Shown piece after piece: positions 24,801 through 36,297 of a stretch of DNA of 64,000 nt; within the stretch, counting starts at the first letter, position 1, and every line of letters starts with the position of its first letter. The stretch is taken from NCBI RefSeq assembly GCF_024521635.1, contig NW_026250408.1, positions 186,001-250,000 on the forward strand, written 5' to 3'. The notes under the pieces are model-generated. The model saw only the letters and a program-made list of their open reading frames with translations. It was not told where the DNA came from and did no database searches. This DNA comes from Tricharina praecox (taxonomy: Eukaryota). A program made the translations under genes and the position numbers.

Positions 24801-25323
24801 ACATACGTGCCCACGATTTGCATGCGCGGCGCTGTACGATACACGAAGGAAACTAACCCCACATTCATTAGACTTCAAATTCTCTCCGACGACTACGACG
24901 ACAGCAGGAAGCAAAATGCTTTTTCCTTCGCGACGGAAACAGAAACAGCTGGTGCGCCGACGGTGGCGATAGATTGCTGCTGGTAACTTTGCCTCCCGAA
25001 CCGAACCTGAACCTGAATCTATCTCGCTTTTCCCCCGCACTCGTTCCGCACATCCCACACCTTGAGATCACACACCCCTTTTCTTCCCCCATCCCCCCGC
25101 TTTCGGACGGTGGAGAAAAAGAAAAAAGGTGGTGTGGTGTGGTGCACAGTGCAGTGCAGTGTGCTAGGCGTCTTGCGCGGTTCCTTCGTTTCGTTTCGTT
25201 TTCTCCGCACCGCCCCGTTTAGCCGGATCCTGGCGATCCTGGCTGCGGTGGTGGGTGCAAACGACGATAGATGGATGGACGGATGCTAACAAGAGCCTTG
25301 TGTGGGGGGGACGTATGTAGGTC

Positions 25324-28300
25324 ATGCGCGAGTCCTTGACGATATCATCGTGCCTCGAACGTGACGGCGGCGGCAGCCCCGCACACACCACCACCCCTCC
25401 GCCTGCATACGAAGCGTGCGCCGCCCCACCGACCCCACCGACTGCCCCTCCTCCTCCTGCTCCCCCGAGTTATGAAACGGCTCTCGTCGCTCTCGTCGCT
25501 CCTCCTCCACCGTATACGCCTCGGCAACACCCCACAACGACGACGCGTGCGCCAGTAAATCCGAACCTCGACTGCGACATCGATTTCACTGGCCTCTACG
25601 GCGTCAAAGCTCACATGCCCCCCAAGAAGAAGAAGAACACGAAGCCCGTCGCGACCAGCAAGAAGGCGGCTACAGCCCCTAGCAGCGGTGGCGGCGGTGG
25701 TGGCGGCGGAAAGAATGATAGCCCCGTGAGCCCTGGTGGCGCGGGTGCGGGCGGTGACGGCGGCGACGGCGGCGACGAGAAGCGCCGGAAGGAGGAGGAG
25801 GCGGCAAGGAAGAAGCAGGAGGAAGAGGAGGAGGAGGCACGACGGAAAGCGGAGGAGGAAGAGGCCGAGGCGAAGAGGCTCGAGGAGGAGGCCGCCGCCG
25901 CCGCCGAAGCACAACGTCTTGAAAAGGAAGCTGCCGAAGCGCAACGTCTGGCGGAGGAGGCGGAAGCGAAACGGAAAGAGGAGGAACTCCGGCGGCGCGA
26001 AGAGATCCGACTGCGCGCGGCCGAGGAGCGGCGGAAAGCTGAGGACGCGCGACGGAAGCGCGAAGAGGAGGAGCGAAGGCTTAGGGAAGAGAAGGAGGAG
26101 GAACAGAGCGCCGGTGGCCTGTGGGGGTTGTTCGCTGCTAAGAAGAAGCCCAAGCCCAAAGCCGCACCGCCTCCCCCGAAGACTAATCCACCACCGCAAC
26201 TTCGTCCGACTGCGAATAATACGTGGGGCGCGAATGCGAATTCGAATGGCAAACCCAAGACCGCGGGGTTCCTGGCAACGCCCGACTACGGCGGTGGCTA
26301 CGAGGACGACGCGACGGACGCGTGGGCATCGAGGGATCCGGACGATGACGACGACAGGCTCAATCAGATGTTGAGGGAGAAGGAAAGGCTCGCGGCTGAG
26401 CGGAAAGAGCTCCAGCGACAGGAACAGGCGAAGCGCGAAGAAGAGGAGTACCGCGAACGGGAACGCCTCGAGCAGGAACGTTTGGAGCAGGAGCGCTTGG
26501 AGCAGGAACGCTTGGAGCAGGAACGCTTGGAGCAGGAACGCTTGGAGCAGGAACGCTTGGAGCAGGAACGCTTGGAGCAGGAACGCTTGGAGCAGGAACG
26601 CTTGGAGCAGGAACGCTTGGAGCAGGAACGCTTGGAGCAGGAACGCTTGGAGCAGGAACGCTTGGAGCAGGAACGCTTGGAGCAGGAACGCATTGAGCAG
26701 GAACGCATCGATGAGGAGCGCCTCGAACAGGCACTCATTGAACGGAAACGCCTCAAACGGGAACGACTCGAACAGGAACGCCTTGAACAGGCACTCATTG
26801 AACAGGAACGCCTCGAACAAGAACGCATCGAGCAAGAGAGGAAGGAAGAGGAAGACCAGCTGGAGCGCGAGCACCTCGAGGATGAAGAACGACAGCGCGA
26901 AGAAGCCGAGCGGCGACGACTCGCAGAAGAACGCAAAGAAGAGGAGCGGAGACGAGAGGAAGCGGCTGCTGCCCCAAAAGGGAAAAAAAGCAAGAAGGAG
27001 AGGGAGAAGGAAAAGAAGGAGAAGGAGAAGAAAGAAAAGGGCAAGAAGAGCAAAAAGATCAGAGAGCCCGACCCTCTTCCGGAACCCGAACCCGAACCTG
27101 TCGTCGTCGAACCCGTGGTCGAGCCAGAGCCAGAGCCAGAACCAGAGGCTGAACCTGAACCCGAACCAGTCGTGGAGCCAGGGCCAGAGCCTGAGCCGGA
27201 AGTTGCTCCCGCTCCTTCACCAGCTCCATCACCCATCCCGTTTGCCCTCCAAGCAGCCGCATCTCGCGCCGAAAAGGAACGGAAACAGGCGGAGAGTAAC
27301 TCGTGGGTCGGCGGATGGTTCAGCAAATCGAAAGCGCCTGCCCCGCAGCAACTGAGCCGATACCTCGATCCAGAACCCGAGAACGAGTACCTTGACGCTG
27401 CTGATCCCGACGACCTTCCCGAGAGATCTTCCATCGAAGCGATTGCTCCCGCACTTCCCGTCGAGGAAGAAACTGTAGTCCCCGAAACCGTGGAAGATCC
27501 CGACGATGCCGAAGATGACGACAACGGCTTCTACGCCAAGATCCCCAAAGCGAAGTACGCCGAGCTTGCACCAGGCTATGCGCCAGTGCCAGATAAGCCC
27601 CGGTACGCCGACGTCAAGCAGTTCGAATACGCCCCGACAGTGCCCACCTACGCGCAGCCGACCAAGTTCGAGTACGCGCCCGTAGCGAATCTACTCGGCA
27701 AAGGCAAAGGTAGACTAGCATCCGTCGCCAAGCAGGCCGTCGAGGCGGAGGCCGCAAAGAAGGAGAAAGAGAAAGAGGTTGCCCTGGGAAACCCACTCCT
27801 GAAGGGAAATAGGCTGCGGTCGGTTGCCAGGCAGGCCGTGGAAGCGGAGACGGCAAAGGCTGCCGCGCCCCTGAATCCCCTGGCCGAGGCGAAGGCAAGG
27901 CTGAAGAAGGTCAAGAATGACAGGCTTGCTGGAAAGGCTGGCAAGGCTGCGGTCGCACCTGCACCAGCCCCGCCTCCTCCACCACCACCACCCTCTCCTC
28001 CAGTCGAGCCAGAAGTAGAGGCCGCGCCCGCCGAAGAAGACCCCGAACCCGAATTTGAACCCGCGGCAGAAGTCATCGAGGTGGATCCTGTTGTCGAGGA
28101 GGTAGAGGCCACCTTCGAAACCGCCGAAGCGGAAGTTGTCGAAGTCGAGGCGGCGCCGGGGCCGGAGCCTGAACCGGAAATATTCGCGCCCGCGCCCGCG
28201 CCTGCACCCGAGCCCGTGGATTCGAAGCGAGAGAAGATCTCTAAGAAGTCCGAGAAGAAGAAGGAAGAGCCCGGCCTCCTCGCCTCCATCATGGGTCCGA

Positions 28301-31300
28301 AATCCAAAAAGGGCAAGAAGGAGAAGGAGCTCGAGAAGCAGCGGGAGCGGGAGCGCGGCGAGACTGAGCGCGGCGAGAGGGTCAAGGATCGTCGCGAACG
28401 CGAGGAGAGGGAACGGAAACTTCGCGAACAGGAGGAGAAGGAGATCGCGGAGCACGAGCGCGAGGCCAAGGAACTGCGCCGCGAGGAGAAACGCAGGGAG
28501 AAGGAAGCTGTTGCTGTTGCTGCCGCCGCGGCGCAGCGCGAACAGGAGGAACGCGAGGTGCAGGAGCGCGAAGAGGCTGAAAAACTGCAGCGACGGGAAG
28601 AACGGCGCCGCGAGAAGGAAGCGGCGGCGGCTGCGGCTGCGGAACAGCGCGAACAGGAGGAAAGGGAAGCACGAGAACGGGAAGAGCGGGAAACGAAAAC
28701 CAAGGAGCAACGTCGTGAAGACCGGCGTTGGGAGAAGGAAATCGCAGCGGCTGAACAGCGAGAGCGAGAGGAACGGGAAGCATGGGAACAGGAAGTACGG
28801 GAACGCGAGGAGCTCGAGAATCAAGAGCGAGAGCGCGAAGCGAAATCTAAGGAACAACGTCGAGAAGAACGACGCCGAGAGAAGGAAATCGCAGCGGCTG
28901 CACTACGAGAGCAAGAAGAGAAGGAAGCCCACGAGCGCGCAGAGACAGAGAAACAACAGCGTCGTGAGAAGAAGGAACGACGGGAAAAGGAGTTGGCTGC
29001 GAAGGTTGTGGAAGCAATGAAGGTTAGCCCTGAACCCGAATCAGATGAAACCCCCTCCACCCTCCCTGTTGAAGACGCTCCCGCCACGGTTGAATGGGAA
29101 GAAATGCCTGCACCGGAAGTCGTAGAGACTTTCGAGGAGGCGCAGGAGGCGGTGATTGATACCCCGACGGTCACGACGGAGGACGGGGACCCCACTGCTG
29201 ATGTTGCTCTTTCCATTCTGGCACCACCGGAAGTACTGGAAATGGAGCCGACGTCCGCTGTGGAAGTCCCCGATGCCGAAGTCAGCGACGTCAATAACTT
29301 CGAGGAGGACGACGACGGGGGCGCCGTACTCCCCACAGAGGAATGGGATCGAGAGATCATCCCGGACCTGGTGCCTGTGGCGGCTGAGGAAGAACTTGGC
29401 GGAGCGATTGTTGGTGACGATGATGATGATGTTGAAGAAATTGAAGCTGAGAGTGAAGGTGAGCAGCCAAAACCACTTCCCGCCTTCTCCTCCAGGCCAC
29501 AGTCAGTCAGAAGCACGTCGTCCGGCTCGAAAGCGGCCGACGGCAACGGCAAACCTGTCCGGGCGATGGGACTGCGTGAGTTATGGAAGCTGAACAAAGA
29601 AGTGAACAAACGGAAGAAGGAGGCTTCCTCGCGGGGTGCTACGCCAACACCGGCTCACCCTCATGCTCACCCGCCCCCGCCACGCGAGCCCTCCCCAATA
29701 CCCGAACTAGAATACGAAGAGGAGAATGATGATGAGTTCTTTGATACGGAGCACGCGTCCGGCTCGGAGATCGTTGAGGCAGAGCCAATTCCGGAAGGTG
29801 GGCTGGCATTCGACCTGGGTAATGATGACGAGCGTGTGGAGCCTGGAAACGAAGGTATGATGGTTTTGTATCTTCACCACTTCGGGGTAGTGACTGACGT
29901 GTTAGACAACTTACCTACAGCACCATCCCCAGTTACCCCGAAGGCTACGCGCAGCATGTTCAACCCATTACAGTTCCTGATGCCTCCCACACCAGTGGTC
30001 GCCGCACCCCTCCTCACCGACGACGAGCACGAGCGAGAACCCGAGGTCATTGAAGAAGTCCCCGAGGAAGAGGAAGTGGCGCTTGCACCACCTCCGCCCC
30101 CGGCGCCTGAAAAGAAATTGACCGACAAAGAACGACGCAAGCTGGAGAAGCAAGAGCGGAAAAAGAAGAGGACGGAAATGAAAGGCAAGGCGGTAGAGGA
30201 GCAGCCCGAACCGGAGCCTGAGACGGAAGTGCCCGCCGAGGTCCTTGCGGAGGTCGCTGCTCTTCCGGAGGTGGAGGTTGAGCAGGAGGGCGAGATCGAC
30301 GAGGCTAAGGAGCCGACGTCAGCTACAGCTGCGACGGCTCCGGCGCCAGCCGCCCGCGGATTCGCTAGTAAGTTCATGAGTCCGTGGCAGCTTCTCACGC
30401 AACAGAGGCAGCAGGAGGAGGATGATAGGAAGATCGAGGAGCAACGCCGGCGAGAACAGGAGGAGGCAGAGGAGGCGGAACGGCTCGAGCGCGAAGAGGC
30501 TGAGCGTCAGGAGCGAGAGGAACAAGAGGAGCTGGAACGCCAGCGCGAAGCACAGTGGCAACTGGAGGAGGCACATAGGCTGGAAGAGGAGCGCCTACGA
30601 CAGGAAGAACAAGACCGACTGCTCGAGGAACAGAGGCTGCAGGATGAAGAGGAAGCGAGGGTGAGACAGGAAGAGGATGCGCGCCGTGAACGGAAGGAGC
30701 GCAAGCGAAGGGAGAAGAAGGCCAAGCGGGCAGCCGAGGAGGAAGCCCGTATCGCTGTAGCTGCCGCGGTAGAGGCTGAGGCGGCAGCAGCAGCGGCAGA
30801 AGTGGCGGCGGCAGCAGCAGCGGCGGCGGCAGAGGCTGAAGCAGCGGCGGCGGCAGCAGCTCAACTGGCATCCGAGGAGGCAGCCCAGGACTCCGATCAC
30901 GAAGATGTTGGAGACGAAACACAGTTCCTAGATGCTCTGGACGGCCCTGGTGAAGCAGACACTGCTGCTGCAGCGCTTACAGACTTCGAATATGTCTCGG
31001 ACCCTCCTATGCCAACCGTCGACGACGAACTCCGCGAGCTCGCATATGGTGCTCCACCCTTGGAGACGGAACCCGAATCGGCACCGGCACCCGAGGACAA
31101 GCCCCGACGGCACCGGAGCAAGAGCGGCAAGAGCAGCAAGAGCAAGAAGCACAGCATAGCTGATGTCGTCGTCGCCGCGACGAAATCGGAGAAATTGTCT
31201 TCGAGCAAACACATCGTCCTCAAAGACGCCGATGGCAATGACGTTATCGTTCCCGCGCGCTTCATCCGTCCCGCTATGCCCGTCTCGCTCCCATTCGCCG

Positions 31301-32523
31301 TCGAAACCGAAGAGGAGCGTCGCGCACGCCGTGCCCAGAAGAAAGCCGAGAAGGAGGCGAAGAGGCTGGCCGACGAGGAAGAGGCGGCTAAGGAACGCCG
31401 CCGCATGGAGCGGAGACAGCTGAAGGCGGAGAAGGCGGCACACGAGAAGGCGCGCCTTCACGCTGCCAAAGAGGCTGAGCGACGCGCCAAGGAGGCTGAA
31501 CGTCAGTCACGTCCGCGCACGGAACGCCGCAAGTCCCGTCCCATTCCTGCCAACCCGGAAGTGGTGATAGTCGACGAAAAGGAGGCGAAACGCGACGAGC
31601 GACGCCGCCGCCGCGCCCTGAAGGAGGGAAACGACGGGTCGCTACAGCACTCTGGTTCGCAGCACTCCCAGGACAGCGCGGAGGTGGCGAGCGCCGGATA
31701 TTCCGCGGGCATCTCGACGAACGGGTACACACCCAACGGCATCCAGGAGCTGAACCCGTACACCCCCGAGGCGATGGAGCGCGAGGCGCGACGTGCGCGG
31801 CGCAAGGAGAAGAAGGCCGCGCCCGAGATCCTCGTTGGGAGCTTCGGCAGCGGCAGCTACGGCAGCTACCAGACCTCGCAGTCCGACAACCATCCCCGCC
31901 GCCGACCATCCGCCCATCGCGAGAGCAGCGCTTACCAGACTCCTGCGACATCGCACTCCGATCACCACCCGCAACGCCGGTCGAAGTCGATGCGCGGCGG
32001 CCTTGAGATCGCCGCCGCCGCTGACGGGAGGAACCGCAGCATCACGAGAGGTCAGGGCCGCCCCCAGGGCCGCAGGCTTAGCTTATCCCCCTCGAAGGAT
32101 GTTAGGTTCAGTGGCAGCTCGATCGAGATTCAAGACGAAGCTCGCCGTGAGCGGCGGCGCATGCGGAAGGAGGCGCGAAAGCTCTCGGATACTGGTTCTC
32201 CCGCGGAAGATAAGAAGGAGCGGAGCGAGGAGAAGAAGGAGAAGAAGGAGAAGGAGAAGAGTGAAGAGAAGAAGAAGGACAAGCACCACCACCATCACCA
32301 CAACCACCACCAAAGCGGGACCGGGACCAACCGCAAAGAGAAGGAGAAGGAGAAGGAGCGCGTTGACGAAGACGCGGAGGAGAAGCGCGAGCGCAGGAAA
32401 CGCAAGAAGGAGGGGAAGGTGCAGACGTATGGATACACCGCGGATATGACGGATCATGAGGGATACATGACAGGTCGCGAGGGAGCGAGAGGTGGAGGCA
32501 GTTGGTGGAAGAAGATCTTCTAA
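25324..32523 (+). CDS. Very large Glu/Arg/Lys/Pro-rich low-complexity protein (~2,400 aa; coiled-coil or single-alpha-helix segments and disordered regions)
   Basis: 7.2 kb open frame with coding-like composition; ER/K helical tracts, PEPE repeats, His tract, C-terminal GSWWKKIF. Probable 51-nt intron 29855-29905. The acceptor at 25320 suggests upstream exons (in-frame model 24511-24669, 24728-24740, 24872-24951); alternative start MPPKKKK at 25615. Confidence 0.85.
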   Translation: MRESLTISSCLERDGGGSPAHTTTPPPAYEACAAPPTPPTAPPPPAPPSYETALVALVAPPPPYTPRQHPTTTTRAPVNPNLDCDIDFTGLYGVKAHMPPKKKKNTKPVATSKKAATAPSSGGGGGGGGKNDSPVSPGGAGAGGDGGDGGDEKRRKEEEAARKKQEEEEEEARRKAEEEEAEAKRLEEEAAAAAEAQRLEKEAAEAQRLAEEAEAKRKEEELRRREEIRLRAAEERRKAEDARRKREEEERRLREEKEEEQSAGGLWGLFAAKKKPKPKAAPPPPKTNPPPQLRPTANNTWGANANSNGKPKTAGFLATPDYGGGYEDDATDAWASRDPDDDDDRLNQMLREKERLAAERKELQRQEQAKREEEEYRERERLEQERLEQERLEQERLEQERLEQERLEQERLEQERLEQERLEQERLEQERLEQERLEQERLEQERLEQERLEQERIEQERIDEERLEQALIERKRLKRERLEQERLEQALIEQERLEQERIEQERKEEEDQLEREHLEDEERQREEAERRRLAEERKEEERRREEAAAAPKGKKSKKEREKEKKEKEKKEKGKKSKKIREPDPLPEPEPEPVVVEPVVEPEPEPEPEAEPEPEPVVEPGPEPEPEVAPAPSPAPSPIPFALQAAASRAEKERKQAESNSWVGGWFSKSKAPAPQQLSRYLDPEPENEYLDAADPDDLPERSSIEAIAPALPVEEETVVPETVEDPDDAEDDDNGFYAKIPKAKYAELAPGYAPVPDKPRYADVKQFEYAPTVPTYAQPTKFEYAPVANLLGKGKGRLASVAKQAVEAEAAKKEKEKEVALGNPLLKGNRLRSVARQAVEAETAKAAAPLNPLAEAKARLKKVKNDRLAGKAGKAAVAPAPAPPPPPPPPSPPVEPEVEAAPAEEDPEPEFEPAAEVIEVDPVVEEVEATFETAEAEVVEVEAAPGPEPEPEIFAPAPAPAPEPVDSKREKISKKSEKKKEEPGLLASIMGPKSKKGKKEKELEKQRERERGETERGERVKDRREREERERKLREQEEKEIAEHEREAKELRREEKRREKEAVAVAAAAAQREQEEREVQEREEAEKLQRREERRREKEAAAAAAAEQREQEEREAREREERETKTKEQRREDRRWEKEIAAAEQREREEREAWEQEVREREELENQEREREAKSKEQRREERRREKEIAAAALREQEEKEAHERAETEKQQRREKKERREKELAAKVVEAMKVSPEPESDETPSTLPVEDAPATVEWEEMPAPEVVETFEEAQEAVIDTPTVTTEDGDPTADVALSILAPPEVLEMEPTSAVEVPDAEVSDVNNFEEDDDGGAVLPTEEWDREIIPDLVPVAAEEELGGAIVGDDDDDVEEIEAESEGEQPKPLPAFSSRPQSVRSTSSGSKAADGNGKPVRAMGLRELWKLNKEVNKRKKEASSRGATPTPAHPHAHPPPPREPSPIPELEYEEENDDEFFDTEHASGSEIVEAEPIPEGGLAFDLGNDDERVEPGNEGMMVLYLHHFGVVTDVLDNLPTAPSPVTPKATRSMFNPLQFLMPPTPVVAAPLLTDDEHEREPEVIEEVPEEEEVALAPPPPPAPEKKLTDKERRKLEKQERKKKRTEMKGKAVEEQPEPEPETEVPAEVLAEVAALPEVEVEQEGEIDEAKEPTSATAATAPAPAARGFASKFMSPWQLLTQQRQQEEDDRKIEEQRRREQEEAEEAERLEREEAERQEREEQEELERQREAQWQLEEAHRLEEERLRQEEQDRLLEEQRLQDEEEARVRQEEDARRERKERKRREKKAKRAAEEEARIAVAAAVEAEAAAAAAEVAAAAAAAAAEAEAAAAAAAQLASEEAAQDSDHEDVGDETQFLDALDGPGEADTAAAALTDFEYVSDPPMPTVDDELRELAYGAPPLETEPESAPAPEDKPRRHRSKSGKSSKSKKHSIADVVVAATKSEKLSSSKHIVLKDADGNDVIVPARFIRPAMPVSLPFAVETEEERRARRAQKKAEKEAKRLADEEEAAKERRRMERRQLKAEKAAHEKARLHAAKEAERRAKEAERQSRPRTERRKSRPIPANPEVVIVDEKEAKRDERRRRRALKEGNDGSLQHSGSQHSQDSAEVASAGYSAGISTNGYTPNGIQELNPYTPEAMEREARRARRKEKKAAPEILVGSFGSGSYGSYQTSQSDNHPRRRPSAHRESSAYQTPATSHSDHHPQRRSKSMRGGLEIAAAADGRNRSITRGQGRPQGRRLSLSPSKDVRFSGSSIEIQDEARRERRRMRKEARKLSDTGSPAEDKKERSEEKKEKKEKEKSEEKKKDKHHHHHHNHHQSGTGTNRKEKEKEKERVDEDAEEKRERRKRKKEGKVQTYGYTADMTDHEGYMTGREGARGGGSWWKKIF
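26461..26835 (+). repeat. Coding 15-bp minisatellite encoding (ERLEQ)n
   Basis: 25 pentapeptide positions; 12 identical GAACGCTTGGAGCAG units at 26506-26685, degenerate at both edges. Confidence 0.95.
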
Positions 32524-33009
32524 GTTCTGGTCGAGTCGAGGCAGTGTGGTAATTCTACGACTTTGTTTTTGGTTTTTGGTTTTTGGTTTTGGTTTTTGCC
32601 TTGTGCTGGCAGCATCGTCTTTGTCTTTGAGGGTTGCGTTTTTACGGCCGTGTTTTTTATTTCGTTTTGTTTCGTTTTGTTTGAGGTGGGTTTGGGCAGG
32701 GCGAGGAGTTGTCTGTTTACTGGTTTGGTTTGGTTTGGCTTGATGATGAGTGGATGATACGATACCTTCTATGTTCATACTTACTTCCTTACATCTTATC
32801 TTTCGTTTCTATATTTCTTTGAGCGACTCGCAGCTTGAGGTTGGAGATACGGATGGATACTACGGATGGATAGGTACTTAATATACCCTCTTTACTGGGA
32901 GCTGTGCGTCAGTGAACTCGTGAACTCGGGGATGGTGATACCTATGGCAGCGGCGGCCCGGTACTGCGGTACCCGTCACGTTACTAACCATCACCAACAT
33001 CAACTCTAA

Positions 33010-34290
33010 TACCAACATCACCACCAAAAAAACAAGAAAGTTCAACGAACCACCCAACCAGCACCAGCACCAGCACACTACCAGCACACTACCGGCGCTC
33101 ATCGGAAAGAAATACATGATCATCATTCGTCCACACGCCATGCACAGCCGCGCACGCGGAGGAACAAGATCACGAGCAGGGATGCACGACCGACGCCAGT
33201 ACGGCTGTAGTGGAAGGTCGCGCTTCGGAAAGCCAACAGGTCCACTGGAGGCTGAGCACTCTGTGTGTCCCCATTCTACCCAGATGCAAGATTTACACCA
33301 CACGGTACTAATATCTGCGCAGTACGGTGCCGGTACCACGGCCAGCGTCACTGCAAAGCACCGGCCAAATAGCCAGCCAGCTCCACTCGTACAGGAATTA
33401 CAACGAGTACGTCAGCCGATTCGCCCCCGGACGGGTGTTGATCCGGGGGCGATTCACGGAGCAGAGGATGATCGCCGGATGATCGTCCGGCTGCATGCCG
33501 GATGATCTCTATCACGGTTACCTGCGTGAGGTTCACGTCCATCACGCCCACCCCCGGACCCCGGTCCCTGATGGCGGATTGGTACGTGAGCTGGCGTATT
33601 GGATGGTGGGGCTTTTGGATCTTTGGTTGTGGTGGAGGCGAGCGTATGCAGACATGTTGGCATTCGGGGGAATGCTTGTAGGTACATAGTAGAATCGTGG
33701 ATAGAAACTATTCGGCCAATGGCTAGCTGCTCACAAACCGATCGGATTTGTGCCGATGCAGCTACTGGTAGTTACTCATGGACTGGAATAGTAATTTAGG
33801 ACGGATCCGTCCGAGCCAACAAAGTTAGGGGAGCCGTGTGGAAGCGACTGTAGATGAATTTACATAGTGGTACACCAAGCAAACATCCTAAAGCCTGGCC
33901 AAAGTTTACTTCCTCCTCTTGCCGACAGCTCCTCCACCACTTCGCCACATGGTGGGTGCCACCCCACGACGGACTGGAACAACGACGAAGTTCATGAAAC
34001 CCGCCAGAACGGAGCGCCGGGCTGCCAATTGGTAAGCTACTTCTCACTGAGGATATTATAGTAGGGTCGCTTCTCGTCTCGCCTTCACAGCCGGTGGCAG
34101 CGTGAAATCTGTCACGTGTTATTAAATACCGAGCGATATCTGACTAGTGCTCACTCCGCCACCATACCAAAAACAAAAACCCATCACCACCCCGGCAGGT
34201 GGCTTTGAATCCCTAAGAGCTGAATCCAAAGAGGTTTCCCCCGGGTTGAACCCGGAACTTTTCTTCAACTCCCCTCGCCGGTTGCATCAC
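33010..34290 (-). repeat. Repeat family B, copy 2 (inverted relative to copy 1)
   Basis: 34065-34290 matches the reverse complement of ~19065-19290, including B-box GGGTTCAACCC. 33621-33735 matches the reverse complement of ~19405-19516. 33101-33140 is 36/40 identical to the reverse complement of 19910-19949. Confidence 0.75.
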
Positions 34291-34502
34291 CTAGGTAACT
34301 TGTGCATTCTCCTTCTCTCGCCCCGCTTCCCGGCCTGAATAGGCTATGACGAAACAGCCCTCGCAAAACCACTCTGTTTACATAGCGAAGGCAGATTCAG
34401 GGTTGATTCTAGATGAGAACACCGGCAGACTACGGACGGGACGGTTCACGAGAAGTTTGACTTGAAAAAGATTATTTTATTTTTGAGGTGAGGAATAGCC
34501 AG

Positions 34503-35140
34503 CTATTCCTCCCACTCCACCTCCCCCTCCACCTCCCCCTCCACCTCCTCCTTTCCCTTCAGTCTCGCCACCTCGGGCCAGTCCAAGAATCGGTGGGAGG
34601 TCTGGACCATGATCACGACCGAGATCGCGTTCGCAGGCACCTCCGCACCCTTGGCGACCTGGATGATTCTCCTCCCGCCAGGAGGAGAGAGAACCATCCG
34701 GTATTTGATCGACTTAGACGGCCTCTTGGGGCGACCCTTGGCGACCTGGATGATAATCCTCCCGCCAGCGGGAGAGAGGACCATCCAGTACTTGATGGCC
34801 TTGGGTGGGTTCTTGGATCGACCCTTGGCGGCGGTGGTAGTGGTGGCGGCGGTGGCAGTGGTGGCGGCGGCGGCTTTCTGTGTATTGTTAGAGATATAGA
34901 TACAGAGATGGATCAGCATGAATGAACGTACCTTCACGCCCCGGATCTTGTGCTTCTTCGCGCCACGGGCCCTCTTCCGCTGGACGAAGCTTGGGGAAAG
35001 CTGTGTGCAAATCGAATGAGTGGGTGATGCATTAAATTGTGGCTAGGGAAGAGTGAATAGTTTACCCTGTCCGGTGCCTTAATCGTGGCTCGGTCTCGGA
35101 GGAGGTGCCCGTGGGTGGCGGGGATATTTGGTGCTACCAT
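34503..35140 (-). CDS. Small basic orphan protein, 172 aa, 3 coding exons, with a 29-aa internal duplication
   Basis: Exons 35140-35066 (75 nt), 35000-34932 (69 nt) and 34877-34503 join in phase 0 via GTAAAC..CAG and GTACGT..CTAAC..CAG introns. Likely 5'UTR intron (GTAAGT near 35259, ending TAG directly before the ATG); TATA-like element near 35335. Confidence 0.65.
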
Positions 35141-36297
35141 CTATTTGAATGTGAGTACAGTTCGCAAACAGAAATTGTAAAAGATGTCTGCGAGGAACGG
35201 TTTTTGTGTGGAGTCGTATGTGTGTTGTGGGGGGAGGGGGGAGAGGAGGGGGGACTTACAATTCTTGAATTTGAGTGTTTAGGGTGGTGGATGTAGAAAG
35301 AAAGGAGAGAGTGGGAGCGAGGAGCTGGTAATTATAATTTTTCTAGAGACCGTGGTACTTTTGAGGCCTTAAATCACGGTCAATGAAACGGAAAAACGCC
35401 AACTAATGTGTGCACTACTCTCAATCGCTACTCAGCAACCTTTCCTGTACCACCATTTCGCGTGCCATATATACTCAACATTCAAACGACCTCACTAGTA
35501 GTTACCACCGTACGAACCCTCACTACTACCATAATCAGCATGATACAGGCTTCATTCTGCGCAATGACAACCCTATCCGTCACTGTCCCAAGATTTCGCA
35601 TCTTCTCACCAGCTTAGGTCTCCGAAAGTTTGCAGAAGCTGGCTGACTACTAAGTTTACAGTCATCTTCTCCCGACATTCCGTACCTGCAGCACGCTTCA
35701 CATTAATTAGACACCGTATCCGTACGACTTGTCACTGTAGTCTGTATCCCTAGGAAACCTGAGTACTGGTGAAGAACAATATAATTGAAGTGATGCGCCA
35801 ATACTGTACCAGTGGAAGCCTGCTGTGCCACCGCCCCCGACTAGTACCACTAGCAGTAGAATCCCCGGGCCCCGATGGGGCTCCAGTCCTCCTCTGGCTT
35901 TCCCGGAGCCCTACAGTCCTTGATATTCCAGGCTCAACAAAATCGGTCCCGTCCGGGGCATATCCCAGGACGGACTGGACGGACGATTCCCAGGCGTGAA
36001 CGTTTTCCGAAGAAAAAAAAGATCGGGCATGCTTTCTGCACACACGCCTTCATGGCGATTTGATACATAGCAAAGATCTCACAGTCGTGAGTGCCCGCGC
36101 GAGTAGGTAGAAAGAGTATCTATGAATATCTACCGAAAAATCTAAAATAGCGATCCAAAAAAAAGTCCAAAACACGCCTAAGAACTTATCTACACCTATC
36201 TACACCTATCTACACCTATCTGTAGCTCCAACTCATACCAGATGCACATCCCAATAGAAAACCAAAAGAAAAGTCCAAAAGACGTCCAAGCACCAAC

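Noticed and set aside
25345..32778. Many long antisense and alternative-frame ORFs over the giant gene
   Set aside because: Shadow ORFs expected from GC-rich, repetitive codon usage of the real + strand gene.
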